Of a stretch of 64,000 nucleotides of DNA, positions 16,983 through 26,263 are shown piece after piece. The notes below the pieces were generated by a model. That model saw only the letters and a program-made list of their open reading frames with translations, was not told where the DNA came from and made no database searches. The position numbers and the translations under genes are program-made. The stretch lies in the sequence record NC_061447.1; one strand, given 5' to 3'. The number at the start of each line of letters is the position of its first letter. Position 1 is the first letter of the stretch.

Positions 16983-17750
16983 ATGAAATCTCGTGTACAA
17001 CATATGTATATCCCTGCTATGGGATCGTTTGACCCTTACGTCCGTTCTCTGTGCCATATGGCGCGAGCACTGGAAAACAATGGCTTGAATTACGGCACGT
17101 CAAAGCCTGTCGTGATCATCGGCACTTCTAAACGTGTAGTCGAAGCCTACGTTAAGCAGTTACTGAATACAAACAATCTGCCACACACTCTCATTTGCTT
17201 TGGTGTGGACGAACCGCCTATCAGTCATCGTGACTATACTTACGCTGGCGCCCACGTTGTGTTGATGCACGATCTAACGTATGTTTGCAGCGACACAATG
17301 AACAAGGTTGCCACACGCGTCCTAGAAATCATAGACAGCCTGAAACAGAAAGAAGGTGATACTGACCTCAAAAACAGTGAGCTGTCTTTGGTGTATTCAA
17401 ACCCGGACTTGTGGCAGGCTATTCTTGACTACGGCGCTGCTTCATTTATGCACATGGGTGGACGTAATATCGAATATCGCAGCGGCTTGGTTTCATCTGT
17501 AAGCCTTGATGCACTGATGAAGTGCGAAAGCAACCAAGAATACCATGAGCTTCGTGCCGAAACTATTACGATCGGCCTGGAGTTCTTCTGTGTGCGCACG
17601 GACTACCTGCTGTCCAAAGTGCATAACCTGTTGTGGTCACTCGCGTGTGATGACTGTGAGTTCAAAGCGAACCATCGTATCATCTTCCACGAAGACTTCC
17701 GCCGCTTGTTCTTTGAAGAATACATCCTCAGGGACTTCAAGGGCTTTTAA
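16983..17750 (+). CDS. hypothetical protein (possible distant paralog of 15110)
   Basis: GGAGG RBS before ATG 16983. Confidence 0.75.
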   Translation: MKSRVQHMYIPAMGSFDPYVRSLCHMARALENNGLNYGTSKPVVIIGTSKRVVEAYVKQLLNTNNLPHTLICFGVDEPPISHRDYTYAGAHVVLMHDLTYVCSDTMNKVATRVLEIIDSLKQKEGDTDLKNSELSLVYSNPDLWQAILDYGAASFMHMGGRNIEYRSGLVSSVSLDALMKCESNQEYHELRAETITIGLEFFCVRTDYLLSKVHNLLWSLACDDCEFKANHRIIFHEDFRRLFFEEYILRDFKGF

Positions 17751-17824
17751 GAATATTCTTAGCCTGCTCTCTAATTTCTATATGTTGGCAAGTAGTGCTG
17801 ACGTAGAGTTATTGGAGAAATAAC

Positions 17825-18085
17825 ATGTGCGGTCGTAGCCTTATCAGGTTGAAGTACAACGCACGGTCCTCGAACTGGTGCAATAATAAAGTAAACGCTT
17901 GTAGTGAGCGGAAGGCGACCAACGTACAATGCGAAGATTTTCTGGCAGCAACGAAAAACTGCCGCAGTGTGCAAGAGTCGTCCAGTGTTGTTTCTTTCTT
18001 TGATGGCCAAGAGCTGGTTGGTCAGGCTGTATGGCATGAGATAGAAGGCGACAATACACTTCAATTCCGGTTGCTACTTGCTTAA
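17825..18085 (+). CDS. small Cys-containing hypothetical protein
   Basis: GGAG RBS, followed by terminator. Confidence 0.55.
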   Translation: MCGRSLIRLKYNARSSNWCNNKVNACSERKATNVQCEDFLAATKNCRSVQESSSVVSFFDGQELVGQAVWHEIEGDNTLQFRLLLA

Positions 18086-18089
18086 CGAT

Positions 18090-18127
18090 AAAAGGGCTTT
18101 CAGAGAGTATCTGATGGCCCTTTTCTT
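18090..18127. terminator. intrinsic terminator (possibly bidirectional)
   Basis: AAAAGGGC...GCCCTTTT. Confidence 0.75.
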
Positions 18128-18183
18128 ATTCTGACGCTAATTTTGACCTGTCAATACACACAAACCGAACTCGGGGTAATAAC

Positions 18184-19824
18184 ATGTCTTTGATTAAGAT
18201 TGAAGGTGTTGCATCCACCTCCGCTCCAACGCGAGCGCAGAAAGATGCTGCTGAATTTCTGTTTGGCTCTAAGGGCCACGCAATCGTTGCCGTGCTCGAC
18301 AAATTCAGTCGTGCCAAAGAACTGCGTTCTGCACACCTTGATGGTCTGCTCAAGCTGATGAAAGAAGGCGAAGATGATGATATCATCAAATTCGGTGCTT
18401 CTGCTTTGGGCAAGAAAACCATCCAGAATGCCAAAGCGTTTGCTGTTGCGAAAACTTTGACTGCTTCTATCAAGGCACTGAAACTGATTCGCGTTCCTGT
18501 TAAGTGGATCGAAGGTCACTCTGATGTGGCTGCTGCTCGCGTACAGGAAACCAAAGAGGTTCGCGCACGTCGTACTGCTGGGAACAAAGTTGAGAAGCCG
18601 ATTAAGCTCGACAACCCAGGCGCACCTGAAGCTACTACCGTAGATAACAAAGTTATTGATCCGAAGAAGGGATCTGCGACGCCAGCCACAGATGAAGTGA
18701 GTGTAATTTCAAGCACGTCATACAACAAGTCTATTGGCGTTAACTCTATTGTAATTCGACGCTTCTTCCGTGGCCATGAAGTCACCAGCTCTCTGATGTT
18801 CAGAAAAGGTGTAGGTGAGCAAGCGACTCAACTCGGACTTTCCTCTCACGGTAACGGCCATGAGCAAGGTGCTGGTCTGTTGGTTGAAGCGTTCAAAGCA
18901 ACTGGCGTCAAGCCTGTTTGGTATCTGGCTGATGCTGGCGATGCTGCGTTCGATCTGGGTTCTGCTGCAAACGTGGCGAAAGTGTTTAAGTGGCTGCGAG
19001 CACGAAAAGTCGGTATGACCTTTGACGCAAAAGCGAAACTGCCTAAGTCCGGCAAAGTTCCAGCAGGCGCCTCTCGAATTGTTCGAAACGATATCGGTAA
19101 GCAGAAGACTGCAACGGCAGACGAAATCAATAAAATGACCTTTGAATTTGTTAAGAGCAAAAACACAGGCAAAGATTCCGTAGAGCTAAGTTTCAAACAA
19201 CCTTCGAACGGTCATGAGTGGTCACTGAACCTGTCACGTCAAGGCGATTCTATTGCGAGCGATCATGACGGTACATCTGGCTATCAGACGGCAGAATCAT
19301 TCCTGCAGCGTGGCGTCACTGCCATTGGTGGTACCCTTGTTTGGGAGCACCAACAGCCAGGTAGCGCGAGCTTCAAATTCGCAAGCGAAGATCAGGCCAA
19401 ACAGTTTATGGCCTGGGCCAAGAAGCAGAAAGCCCAAACCATCAACTTCAAGACTGAGCCAAAACTCACAGTCGCTAAGAGCGCAGGATATACGCCGTCA
19501 GGCAAATCTGATGTGACGCTGGTGGATGAACTGGCAGAAGTTACCGCACGTAAGATCGCTGCAAAGCCATTGCAGGCGCGTGAAGAATATTTCAATGCGC
19601 TGCGTAATACTCTGCACTCTAACCTGCGTAACTCTGTGGTTAACACAACGTCCGATGGTGTTACCGTTGCACTTGGTAGCAAGCTGTACACGATCCGCCT
19701 GTCAGATAACGCGTGGACTATTCAGACTGGCGCTACTGGTAAGCAGAAAAAAGTCGGTGCAACGTTCGATATCGTTGACCTGCTGGGTATGATGGACAAG
19801 AGCATTCTGCGTCCTAAAGCATAA
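18184..19824 (+). CDS. K/A-rich multi-domain protein, possibly virion-internal
   Basis: 546 aa, own terminators on both sides; no recognised domain. Confidence 0.7.
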   Translation: MSLIKIEGVASTSAPTRAQKDAAEFLFGSKGHAIVAVLDKFSRAKELRSAHLDGLLKLMKEGEDDDIIKFGASALGKKTIQNAKAFAVAKTLTASIKALKLIRVPVKWIEGHSDVAAARVQETKEVRARRTAGNKVEKPIKLDNPGAPEATTVDNKVIDPKKGSATPATDEVSVISSTSYNKSIGVNSIVIRRFFRGHEVTSSLMFRKGVGEQATQLGLSSHGNGHEQGAGLLVEAFKATGVKPVWYLADAGDAAFDLGSAANVAKVFKWLRARKVGMTFDAKAKLPKSGKVPAGASRIVRNDIGKQKTATADEINKMTFEFVKSKNTGKDSVELSFKQPSNGHEWSLNLSRQGDSIASDHDGTSGYQTAESFLQRGVTAIGGTLVWEHQQPGSASFKFASEDQAKQFMAWAKKQKAQTINFKTEPKLTVAKSAGYTPSGKSDVTLVDELAEVTARKIAAKPLQAREEYFNALRNTLHSNLRNSVVNTTSDGVTVALGSKLYTIRLSDNAWTIQTGATGKQKKVGATFDIVDLLGMMDKSILRPKA

Positions 19825-19826
19825 TC

Positions 19827-19855
19827 AAAAGGGGTGGCTTCGGCTGCCCCTTTTT
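19827..19855 (+). terminator. intrinsic terminator
   Basis: AAAAGGGGTGGC-TTCG-GCTGCCCCTTTTT. Confidence 0.88.
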
Positions 19856-19886
19856 GCGTCTATATGCCCTCAGATCTGTGAAGTCT

Positions 19887-19939
19887 GCAAATAATAGGCT
19901 GAAATAGCTCTTTATACGCACACGCGCCTGTGATACAAT
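19887..19939 (+). promoter_or_regulatory. box promoter P1
   Basis: GCAAATAA-TAGGCTGAAA-29 bp-(TGA)TACAAT. Confidence 0.8.
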
Positions 19940-19992
19940 ATATGCAGACGCTACATGTCGTAGCGCATACAACTCATGCTAAGGGGCATACA

Positions 19993-20697
19993 ATGAAAGC
20001 AGCAGATTTTGACAAAGCATTCAACGCGAAAGACGAAGCAACCTTAAACGCATACGCCGACAAAATTGTTGCGGCGCTTAACGCTCTTGGTCGCTATGAC
20101 CTGAAACTTCAAATCCTCTTCGGCACCGACCCGTACGGCGAGTGCCCTGATTTTGTGAATGACCCGAACGGTTTCCGCGTTACACAGAACGGCGAAGAAA
20201 TTTTCGATATCTACACGCCGACTGAAAAACAAATTGAAGCCGATTCGTCTGATGCTTTCGTATACGCTTCATTAACTGGCGTTGAAGCCACGAAGTGGGG
20301 CAAGATGGTAAGCGAAGATGACGTGACAGAAATCGCCGCTGACCTGAACGAAGAAATCGAACGTGCCAGCCGCGTGTTTGATGAATCTGATCGTCAGATG
20401 CTGCAAAAACTCGCCGACACTTTGAACGCTCGTATGGATCGTACCGATGCGCGAGTGATCGTAACGAACGGCGCCGAAGACGATCTGATTCTTATGGTAG
20501 TTGGCTATGACGCCGAAGAAGATGAAGTCAGTGATGAATACGGCTTCTTCTTATCGCTTCCGTATACTGATGTAGAAGGCACCGACGAGAAATACAGCCT
20601 GCACTACGCTGGCTACCCTGGCGTGAATGATCACTCATACAGCTCTGCTGACCTCGACGAAATTTCAGAAGAAATCGAGTCACTCGACCTGATGTAA
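19993..20697 (+). CDS. acidic hypothetical protein
   Basis: AAGGGG RBS; first gene after P1. Confidence 0.8.
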   Translation: MKAADFDKAFNAKDEATLNAYADKIVAALNALGRYDLKLQILFGTDPYGECPDFVNDPNGFRVTQNGEEIFDIYTPTEKQIEADSSDAFVYASLTGVEATKWGKMVSEDDVTEIAADLNEEIERASRVFDESDRQMLQKLADTLNARMDRTDARVIVTNGAEDDLILMVVGYDAEEDEVSDEYGFFLSLPYTDVEGTDEKYSLHYAGYPGVNDHSYSSADLDEISEEIESLDLM

Positions 20698-20708
20698 TCT
20701 ACACAAAG

Positions 20709-20753
20709 CTGGTCAAAAGCGCCATAGCAATGTGGCGCTCATTATCGTATTAT
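20709..20753 (+). promoter_or_regulatory. box promoter P2
   Basis: CTGGTCAAAA-29 bp-TATTAT. Confidence 0.65.
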
Positions 20754-20801
20754 GTAATCTCTAGCGCAATGACGCGCTCAACACAGAAAGAGGCAATAAC
20801 A

Positions 20802-21041
20802 ATGGCTGAGAAACAAGTAGTTCTTGATCTGATCGCAGACGTAGCATCACCTACAGAAGTTATCTTCGAAGATGGTCAATCGTCTAATGAGTGGCTGGCT
20901 CCATACGATCTGCGTCTGACCGTGTCGCAGAACGAAGGGCCGAACGGCTACCCCGAAGTGAACATCATCGGCGATGAAGACAATCTGAAACGCTTCTTGT
21001 CTGAACAAGACCTTGAAGGTTCGGTCGAAGAAGTGAAGTAA
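20802..21041 (+). CDS. small acidic hypothetical protein
   Basis: GAGG RBS. Confidence 0.75.
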   Translation: MAEKQVVLDLIADVASPTEVIFEDGQSSNEWLAPYDLRLTVSQNEGPNGYPEVNIIGDEDNLKRFLSEQDLEGSVEEVK

Positions 21042-21050
21042 AGTTGTTTG

Positions 21051-21081
21051 AGCGGGGCTTCGGCCTCGCTTCTTTTTTTTT
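21051..21081 (+). terminator. intrinsic terminator
   Basis: AGCGGGGC-TTCG-GCCTCGCT + long T tract. Confidence 0.9.
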
Positions 21082-21101
21082 ATTCTGCCTGAGATTAAAC
21101 G

Positions 21102-21605
21102 ATGAAAACATCATACCTGATTATTCGCCTCAACGCCAAAGATATGTATGACCGTGAATTTTTAATGCGCGGCTTTAACGCAAAACGCATTGAGAAAGTT
21201 ATCGGCGTTATCGCTATTGTAGGTGAAGGCCTGCTGACAGATGATTCTAAGATGTACCACCTGTCGCGTGTCGATATCAACCTGCTTGAGTCAGATACTC
21301 AACAAAGCTGGGCGCGTTTCAACTGGTCCTGTGTTGACGATAACCTCATTGATTCTGGCATGCGCCGTTTGCCAACTGAGTTGCGCGATAGAATTACGGC
21401 GATGCGCACTAATCGCATTTACTGCGAAGTCGATACGGCTATACCAGAAGCGTTTCGTGACTGTCATACTAAGTTTGTGTACAAGTCACGCCCCGCACGT
21501 CTGACCGTTAGTGACGAGAAAACAGGTACGCTCGACGAGTTCACTGTAGAAGAAATCGTAGCTAACCTGAAAACGCGCATTAAAGGCGTCACTATCGCTT
21601 TCTAA
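21102..21605 (+). CDS. hypothetical protein
   Basis: ORF in + strand run. Confidence 0.75.
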   Translation: MKTSYLIIRLNAKDMYDREFLMRGFNAKRIEKVIGVIAIVGEGLLTDDSKMYHLSRVDINLLESDTQQSWARFNWSCVDDNLIDSGMRRLPTELRDRITAMRTNRIYCEVDTAIPEAFRDCHTKFVYKSRPARLTVSDEKTGTLDEFTVEEIVANLKTRIKGVTIAF

Positions 21606-21667
21606 TCCTTGTCTGACTGTGGCGTTACGGCGCCACTTACTTCACAATCTAATTGAGAGAACATGCC

Positions 21668-22282
21668 ATGAACCTTATTAAAACTTTCTTCGCCAAACGC
21701 TCTTACGCTTCTCTGGCTGCTGGTAACTTTGCAATCGACGCCAAACACGTACAAGAGCTGGTGGAATGTGAGTGTATGATCGTACACGTAGACACTGGCC
21801 ACCGTAATGCGTTCGCGTTAAAGAACATCTCTATCACGCCTATCGACGAACACAACGTTCGCATTACGTTCGACCCGCTGACCGACGCACACGCTATGCC
21901 TGTGACTGTCATGCCGAAAGATCTGAAAGGCAGTATTGATGTGTACGACATGTACGCAGAAGACCTGAAAGACGTGCCGCGTTTCAACGTGTCGAATGAC
22001 GCATCAGGCAACAATCCTAATCTGCTGTCGCTTGACCTCGAAAGCCGCCAGCGTTTCACTCAATACTTCGGTGGCATGTGTACGCTGACAGACCTGTGCT
22101 TGACGCTGCACGACAAAGGCATTCACGTTGTCGATATTCACCATAACGTTAAGCAGCACGATCATGGCGTTGGCGTTTTCACTCAGCGCTACCGCACAGC
22201 ATTCGAACTCAACAAAGACAACGGCATTAAGCGCCACAACGACGACTATCCTGTTCTGGCTCGCATGACCGTATTAATGTAA
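21668..22282 (+). CDS. hypothetical protein
   Basis: GAGAG RBS-like; followed by terminator hairpin 22292-22314. Confidence 0.75.
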   Translation: MNLIKTFFAKRSYASLAAGNFAIDAKHVQELVECECMIVHVDTGHRNAFALKNISITPIDEHNVRITFDPLTDAHAMPVTVMPKDLKGSIDVYDMYAEDLKDVPRFNVSNDASGNNPNLLSLDLESRQRFTQYFGGMCTLTDLCLTLHDKGIHVVDIHHNVKQHDHGVGVFTQRYRTAFELNKDNGIKRHNDDYPVLARMTVLM

Positions 22283-22330
22283 ACACACATTGCCTCGCAT
22301 TGAGCGGGGCTTTTCTATTTGGAGAATGTT

Positions 22331-22591
22331 ATGGTATACGAACGCGAAGAACTCGAAGACATGCCGCTTGATGTGCTTTATCATTTGGCGAGCGCCAAAG
22401 GTCTTCTGGACGATCTGGACGATGATGACGATGTGCCTGATCGTGAAGTGCTGGTGGGCATGATTCTCGATGCTCAGAATGAAGACGAACAGGCAGAGCA
22501 AGATGCTGCCAACAAACAACGCGCCGAAGATGATCGCGACCCACGTATCAATCGTCGTGATGGTCAAGACGGCTCAGAGGATTATTGCTAA
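22331..22591 (+). CDS. small acidic protein with helix-extension-helix (Rho-N/SAP-like) motif
   Basis: ELEDMPLDVLYHLASAKGL...DREVLVGMIL; GGAG RBS. Confidence 0.65.
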   Translation: MVYEREELEDMPLDVLYHLASAKGLLDDLDDDDDVPDREVLVGMILDAQNEDEQAEQDAANKQRAEDDRDPRINRRDGQDGSEDYC

Positions 22592-22809
22592 TGACACCTA
22601 CTGAATTGAATGAGTATCTGCATCTGGTACTGACGCCTGTAGCTATGGCCTGGCGTGAGCAATTCCCTAAGAAGAAGCAAGCGATGGTCTCTATTAAGAC
22701 TGCGTACTCTTGCCGAATCAAATTCGTTGAGGACCGTGAAGTTGAAAAACGGTGGCAGGCCTTCTGTCGCACACACGGCCTCAAGAACGAGGAAACACTC
22801 GAAAGCTAA
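22591..22809 (+). CDS. hypothetical protein
   Basis: TAATG coupling. Confidence 0.65.
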   Translation: MTPTELNEYLHLVLTPVAMAWREQFPKKKQAMVSIKTAYSCRIKFVEDREVEKRWQAFCRTHGLKNEETLES

Positions 22810-22811
22810 AT

Positions 22812-22842
22812 AAAAGGGCTGCCATTGCTGGTGGCCCTTTTT
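22812..22842. terminator. intrinsic terminator
   Basis: AAAAGGGC...GCCCTTTTT. Confidence 0.85.
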
Positions 22843-22847
22843 CATTT

Positions 22848-22856
22848 CTGTAAATA
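22848..22856 (+). promoter_or_regulatory. CTGTAAATA motif
   Basis: Immediately after a terminator, 32 nt before ATG 22889. Confidence 0.55.
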
Positions 22857-22888
22857 TCTCGTACACAAACAACAATGCGAGATATACA

Positions 22889-23257
22889 ATGCGCCGCTTC
22901 GTTATCGTCTTCAACGTCAGTCAGGCAGAGCTTGATGACCGCCGCTTCTTTCAATCTAAGTTCAATATCGTTTCGTCACTGCGCCGCGCTCGCTGTGTCT
23001 TCCTCGTCGTTCGTGAAACCAAACAGGTGCTGTGTGTTTCAGAACTGACCTATCAACCGAGCGTCGAGCCAGGCATTCGTCAGGTAGACTTTGATGCGCC
23101 GCGTGACGTAACAGCATACGTGCTGCCTTTCGCAGAACTCACCGCAGCGATGATCAATAACTCACAAGACCTGAGCATTCGCTACTTTGGCCGCAGCCTT
23201 GATATGGACATGGACCAGGCCAAACGCTTTCACACTCAACTGGAGATTATCCCATGA
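22889..23257 (+). CDS. hypothetical protein
   Basis: ORF, ATGA-coupled to RHH gene. Confidence 0.7.
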   Translation: MRRFVIVFNVSQAELDDRRFFQSKFNIVSSLRRARCVFLVVRETKQVLCVSELTYQPSVEPGIRQVDFDAPRDVTAYVLPFAELTAAMINNSQDLSIRYFGRSLDMDMDQAKRFHTQLEIIP

Positions 23258-23499
23258 GTCAATCATTAGGCGCCTCACTTGGCGCTCGCTTCGCTGTCAC
23301 CTCTCAGGCTAACATTGAGAAGCGTAAGAAGCGCGACCCCAAAAACAGAACACTAAGCTGCGCCGCTACCTCAGCGCAGTATGATGCACTTGGTATGCTC
23401 GCCAACAAACTCAACGTGTCTCGTTCGCGCGCCGTAGAGATTGCAGTCGAAGAACTGTTGGCTAAGCACGGCGTTAAGGTGCAGACTGACAATGAGTGA
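23254..23499 (+). CDS. ribbon-helix-helix (CopG/MetJ/Arc-like) DNA-binding protein
   Basis: RTLSCAAT...YDALGMLANKLNVSRSRAVEIAVEELL. Confidence 0.7.
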   Translation: MSQSLGASLGARFAVTSQANIEKRKKRDPKNRTLSCAATSAQYDALGMLANKLNVSRSRAVEIAVEELLAKHGVKVQTDNE

Positions 23500-23854
23500 C
23501 ACGCACATCTACTGCAAGCTGTATGGCGTTCAGCACCGCTTAAAGATCACGGCCTTCAACTTCATGAAGCAGCCGAACATGATCACGGTTGATTCGTCTG
23601 ACGTGCTCAAGATGATGCCGCTGATTAATGTCGGTGCTGCATACGACACGTACACGCCATACAACGTACTCAAAGCGGGACGCGCTGACTTCAAAATCAA
23701 ATTGATGGAGCGCACTGATGCAAACGTCTGGCGCTATGAGTTCGAAGACTATCGTGGCCAACGCTTCGAAACGTACCTGATACGGAGACACTATGAAACG
23801 CCTCGGGATTGTAACGGTGTTGTCATTAAAGGACAAACAACCCAAATCATGTGA
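23492..23854 (+). CDS. hypothetical protein
   Basis: Overlaps RHH stop. Confidence 0.65.
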   Translation: MSDTHIYCKLYGVQHRLKITAFNFMKQPNMITVDSSDVLKMMPLINVGAAYDTYTPYNVLKAGRADFKIKLMERTDANVWRYEFEDYRGQRFETYLIRRHYETPRDCNGVVIKGQTTQIM

Positions 23855-24428
23855 CCTCGATATCACGCCTGTATCGAAAGACGAAGAATGGGGCTCGCTG
23901 AGTCCCTTTCATTTAGGTCCATGCAGAACGCCAGATGGCGTCATGTTCCACAACATGGAAAACTTGTGGCAGTACAGCAAGGTCTATGAAGAACATCTCG
24001 TCAATTCGAACGATCTATTTCACGGCGAGATTGCTGCCGATTGGTGGGCGTGGCATTTGAAAGGCAGTACGACAAAACAGGCGCATCGCTATCCTATGGG
24101 GAAAGGCCAAAAGGCTCTGTTCTCCAAATGGGGCGACTTGCGCCTTTCTTACGTTGCCGCACGAAAACAAATCTATGTGCCTGAGTATGCAAAGCTGGTG
24201 GTGCAGCAAAAGATGTTCAAGCGCCTGCTCAAGGAATATAAGAAAGGTGCCCACATAGTTCTGCGTGACTATGACACCTACGATATTCAGAAGGCCTATC
24301 CAGATGCACGTAGTCCCTGGATATCGGCTATCCAAAACAACAATGCTAAATTCGGACATGCGTTCGTTATTGCATTGGCCCTGCTCTTTCACGAACGACC
24401 ACTATGGTACAATCAATGGGTAATCTAA
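23793..24428 (+). CDS. DUF6939-like protein (NADAR-related fold suspected)
   Basis: LSPFHLGP, NMENLWQYSKVY, RYPMGKG, LSYVAARKQIYVPEY, LRDYD, GHAFV motifs; GGAG RBS. Confidence 0.6.
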   Translation: MKRLGIVTVLSLKDKQPKSCDLDITPVSKDEEWGSLSPFHLGPCRTPDGVMFHNMENLWQYSKVYEEHLVNSNDLFHGEIAADWWAWHLKGSTTKQAHRYPMGKGQKALFSKWGDLRLSYVAARKQIYVPEYAKLVVQQKMFKRLLKEYKKGAHIVLRDYDTYDIQKAYPDARSPWISAIQNNNAKFGHAFVIALALLFHERPLWYNQWVI

Positions 24429-24733
24429 ACGGAAGCTACTGGCGATTCGATATAGACGAACGTGCAGGCAACATCAATCTACCTCATCTTCCTGCTGACT
24501 ATACTGTGGTGATCAAAGACAACCTGACGCTACAGCGCACTACAGTCAAAATTGATGGCCTGACTATCGTGACCTCTCAGGGAAAGACCTGCGGTAGCCT
24601 TCAATTCATTACAGGCGCAAACATGCTTATCTGGTCCTCGTTCGAAGCATTCAGATTTACGCTGATTGTAGACGAGGTGAAGCATTACAGACTCAAAGCA
24701 GTCGACCGTCAATCTGACGAACTCTGCAAATAA
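24404..24733 (+). CDS. hypothetical protein
   Basis: ORF in run; stop codon lies in promoter P3. Confidence 0.65.
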   Translation: MVQSMGNLNGSYWRFDIDERAGNINLPHLPADYTVVIKDNLTLQRTTVKIDGLTIVTSQGKTCGSLQFITGANMLIWSSFEAFRFTLIVDEVKHYRLKAVDRQSDELCK

Positions 24734-24778
24734 CTGGTCAAAATAGCCATTCTTTTCAGTACCAGCTTATGATATACT
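24726..24778 (+). promoter_or_regulatory. box promoter P3
   Basis: GCAAATAA-CTGGTCAAAA-29 bp-(TGA)TATACT. Confidence 0.85.
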
Positions 24779-24825
24779 AAGAGCGAGCGCTATTGCTCAA
24801 AACAACACAAGCTGAGGAGCTTAAC

Positions 24826-25143
24826 ATGTCATCTTCTACTACTCTGACTTTCATCTTCCCAGAACTGACCTCTCTGGAAGTTTCTATCGGTAACGGCGTT
24901 GTCCCGCACTATTTGGGAATTGCCGAGAACATGGACAAGACGTTCAGCGATGTTAAGGCGCTACGTCTGATGCAAGACTCGAACGTCGTAGGCGTTATGA
25001 GCCGCTTCGATCAGTCCATGCTTAATATGCTGATCGCTCGCCACGAAACGCATGAGCATATTCGCTGTCGTGATGCCATTGAGCACGGCACCGAGCACTT
25101 CCCATCTACCTGTCTCTACCTGAAGGTAGCGCATCACCGCTAA
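24826..25143 (+). CDS. hypothetical protein
   Basis: GAGGAG RBS. Confidence 0.75.
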   Translation: MSSSTTLTFIFPELTSLEVSIGNGVVPHYLGIAENMDKTFSDVKALRLMQDSNVVGVMSRFDQSMLNMLIARHETHEHIRCRDAIEHGTEHFPSTCLYLKVAHHR

Positions 25144-25207
25144 GATTTGTGAAGGGCCTTCAACGAGGGTCCTTTGAAAATCAAACCATGTTCTGAGGAG
25201 AACAACA

Positions 25208-25561
25208 ATGCCAGCAACTGAATTGCCTATCGACGCTCGCGCTTTCGATGACCTGAGCAATAGCAACTTCCTGCAAGTGTGCAACGCGATCTCTTTCTGT
25301 GTGTCTCGTGGCGATCTTGAGTTTCGCCATCATATCAAAGGACGCCACATCGACGTTGCGTATCGCGCTGGTGGTCACAACGTTTTCGGTATCAGCACTG
25401 TTCGCATTCTGATGCCGTCCGAAGTTCTGCGTGAAGATATCGTAGAAGACTTCGAAATCATTCACGGCGATGCAGTCATTCAGATCGAACGCCAGAAAGA
25501 TTCGTTCTCGACGTTGCAGCGTATCGCTGGTGCAGTTGAAGCGTGTATGCCTAAGAAGTGA
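25208..25561 (+). CDS. hypothetical protein
   Basis: GAGGAG RBS. Confidence 0.78.
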   Translation: MPATELPIDARAFDDLSNSNFLQVCNAISFCVSRGDLEFRHHIKGRHIDVAYRAGGHNVFGISTVRILMPSEVLREDIVEDFEIIHGDAVIQIERQKDSFSTLQRIAGAVEACMPKK

Positions 25562-25626
25562 TTGTTGCTCGCAGGTTCTTACGAGAGCCTGCTGTCAACA
25601 TAACACCATGAGCTGAGGAGCTTAAC

Positions 25627-26031
25627 ATGAAACAATTTCCACTGCGTAATCGCATCTACACGTTGAAAGAAATCGAGCATGACCTCGAACTGCGTGATAG
25701 CCCGTTCCTGCGCTTCGTCCCGCAGAAAGTGCGTTACGTAGGCATGCCAGCAGGCATTCAGGTTATTCAGCAGTCGCATATTGCTAACCTGTCTGACCTG
25801 CCTGGTTGGGCAGATACTGAATGGATATACGTGCGCGAGACCGAAGAGTGGATTCCACTTTTCCGCGCCGTTGATGATGCGGCTATTGAAGCGCTCTGTG
25901 TTATCGAGCCTGACGTGTCTCAGTTCCGCTCTGACAACACGTTGTTCATCTACCCGAAAGGTACTGAGTGTAAACAGTACGATGGTTATGACGAAGAAGT
26001 TCACGGCGAACTTCTGGAGCGTGATGAATGA
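25627..26031 (+). CDS. hypothetical protein
   Basis: GAGGAG RBS. Confidence 0.78.
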   Translation: MKQFPLRNRIYTLKEIEHDLELRDSPFLRFVPQKVRYVGMPAGIQVIQQSHIANLSDLPGWADTEWIYVRETEEWIPLFRAVDDAAIEALCVIEPDVSQFRSDNTLFIYPKGTECKQYDGYDEEVHGELLERDE

Positions 26032-26207
26032 CTAAATGGCATCGCAAGATGCGGCGGATAATGCGGCAGTACATGGCATGCTGCATAGTTGTCGTGCTAC
26101 TTCTGGTTCTGACATTCATATTCAGAAGTCTGCCGCTTGGTTTGTTCACGCTCGCCTTTACTGTGGTTGTTACCGCAATCTACTCGTGGCGAGTGAGTAA
26201 GATGTAA
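26028..26207 (+). CDS. small two-TM membrane protein (59 aa), not in ORF track
   Basis: MTKWHRKMRRIMRQYMACCIVVVLLLVLTFIFRSLPLGLFTLAFTVVVTAIYSWRVSKM; ATGA overlap; terminator follows. Confidence 0.65.
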   Translation: MTKWHRKMRRIMRQYMACCIVVVLLLVLTFIFRSLPLGLFTLAFTVVVTAIYSWRVSKM

Positions 26208-26213
26208 CTGTCA

Positions 26214-26244
26214 GGGATGCTCACTTCGGTGGGTGTCCCGTTTT
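26214..26244 (+). terminator. intrinsic terminator
   Basis: GGGATGCTCAC-TTCG-GTGGGTGTCCC + GTTTT. Confidence 0.85.
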
Positions 26245-26263
26245 ACATTCAAGGACTAATCCT

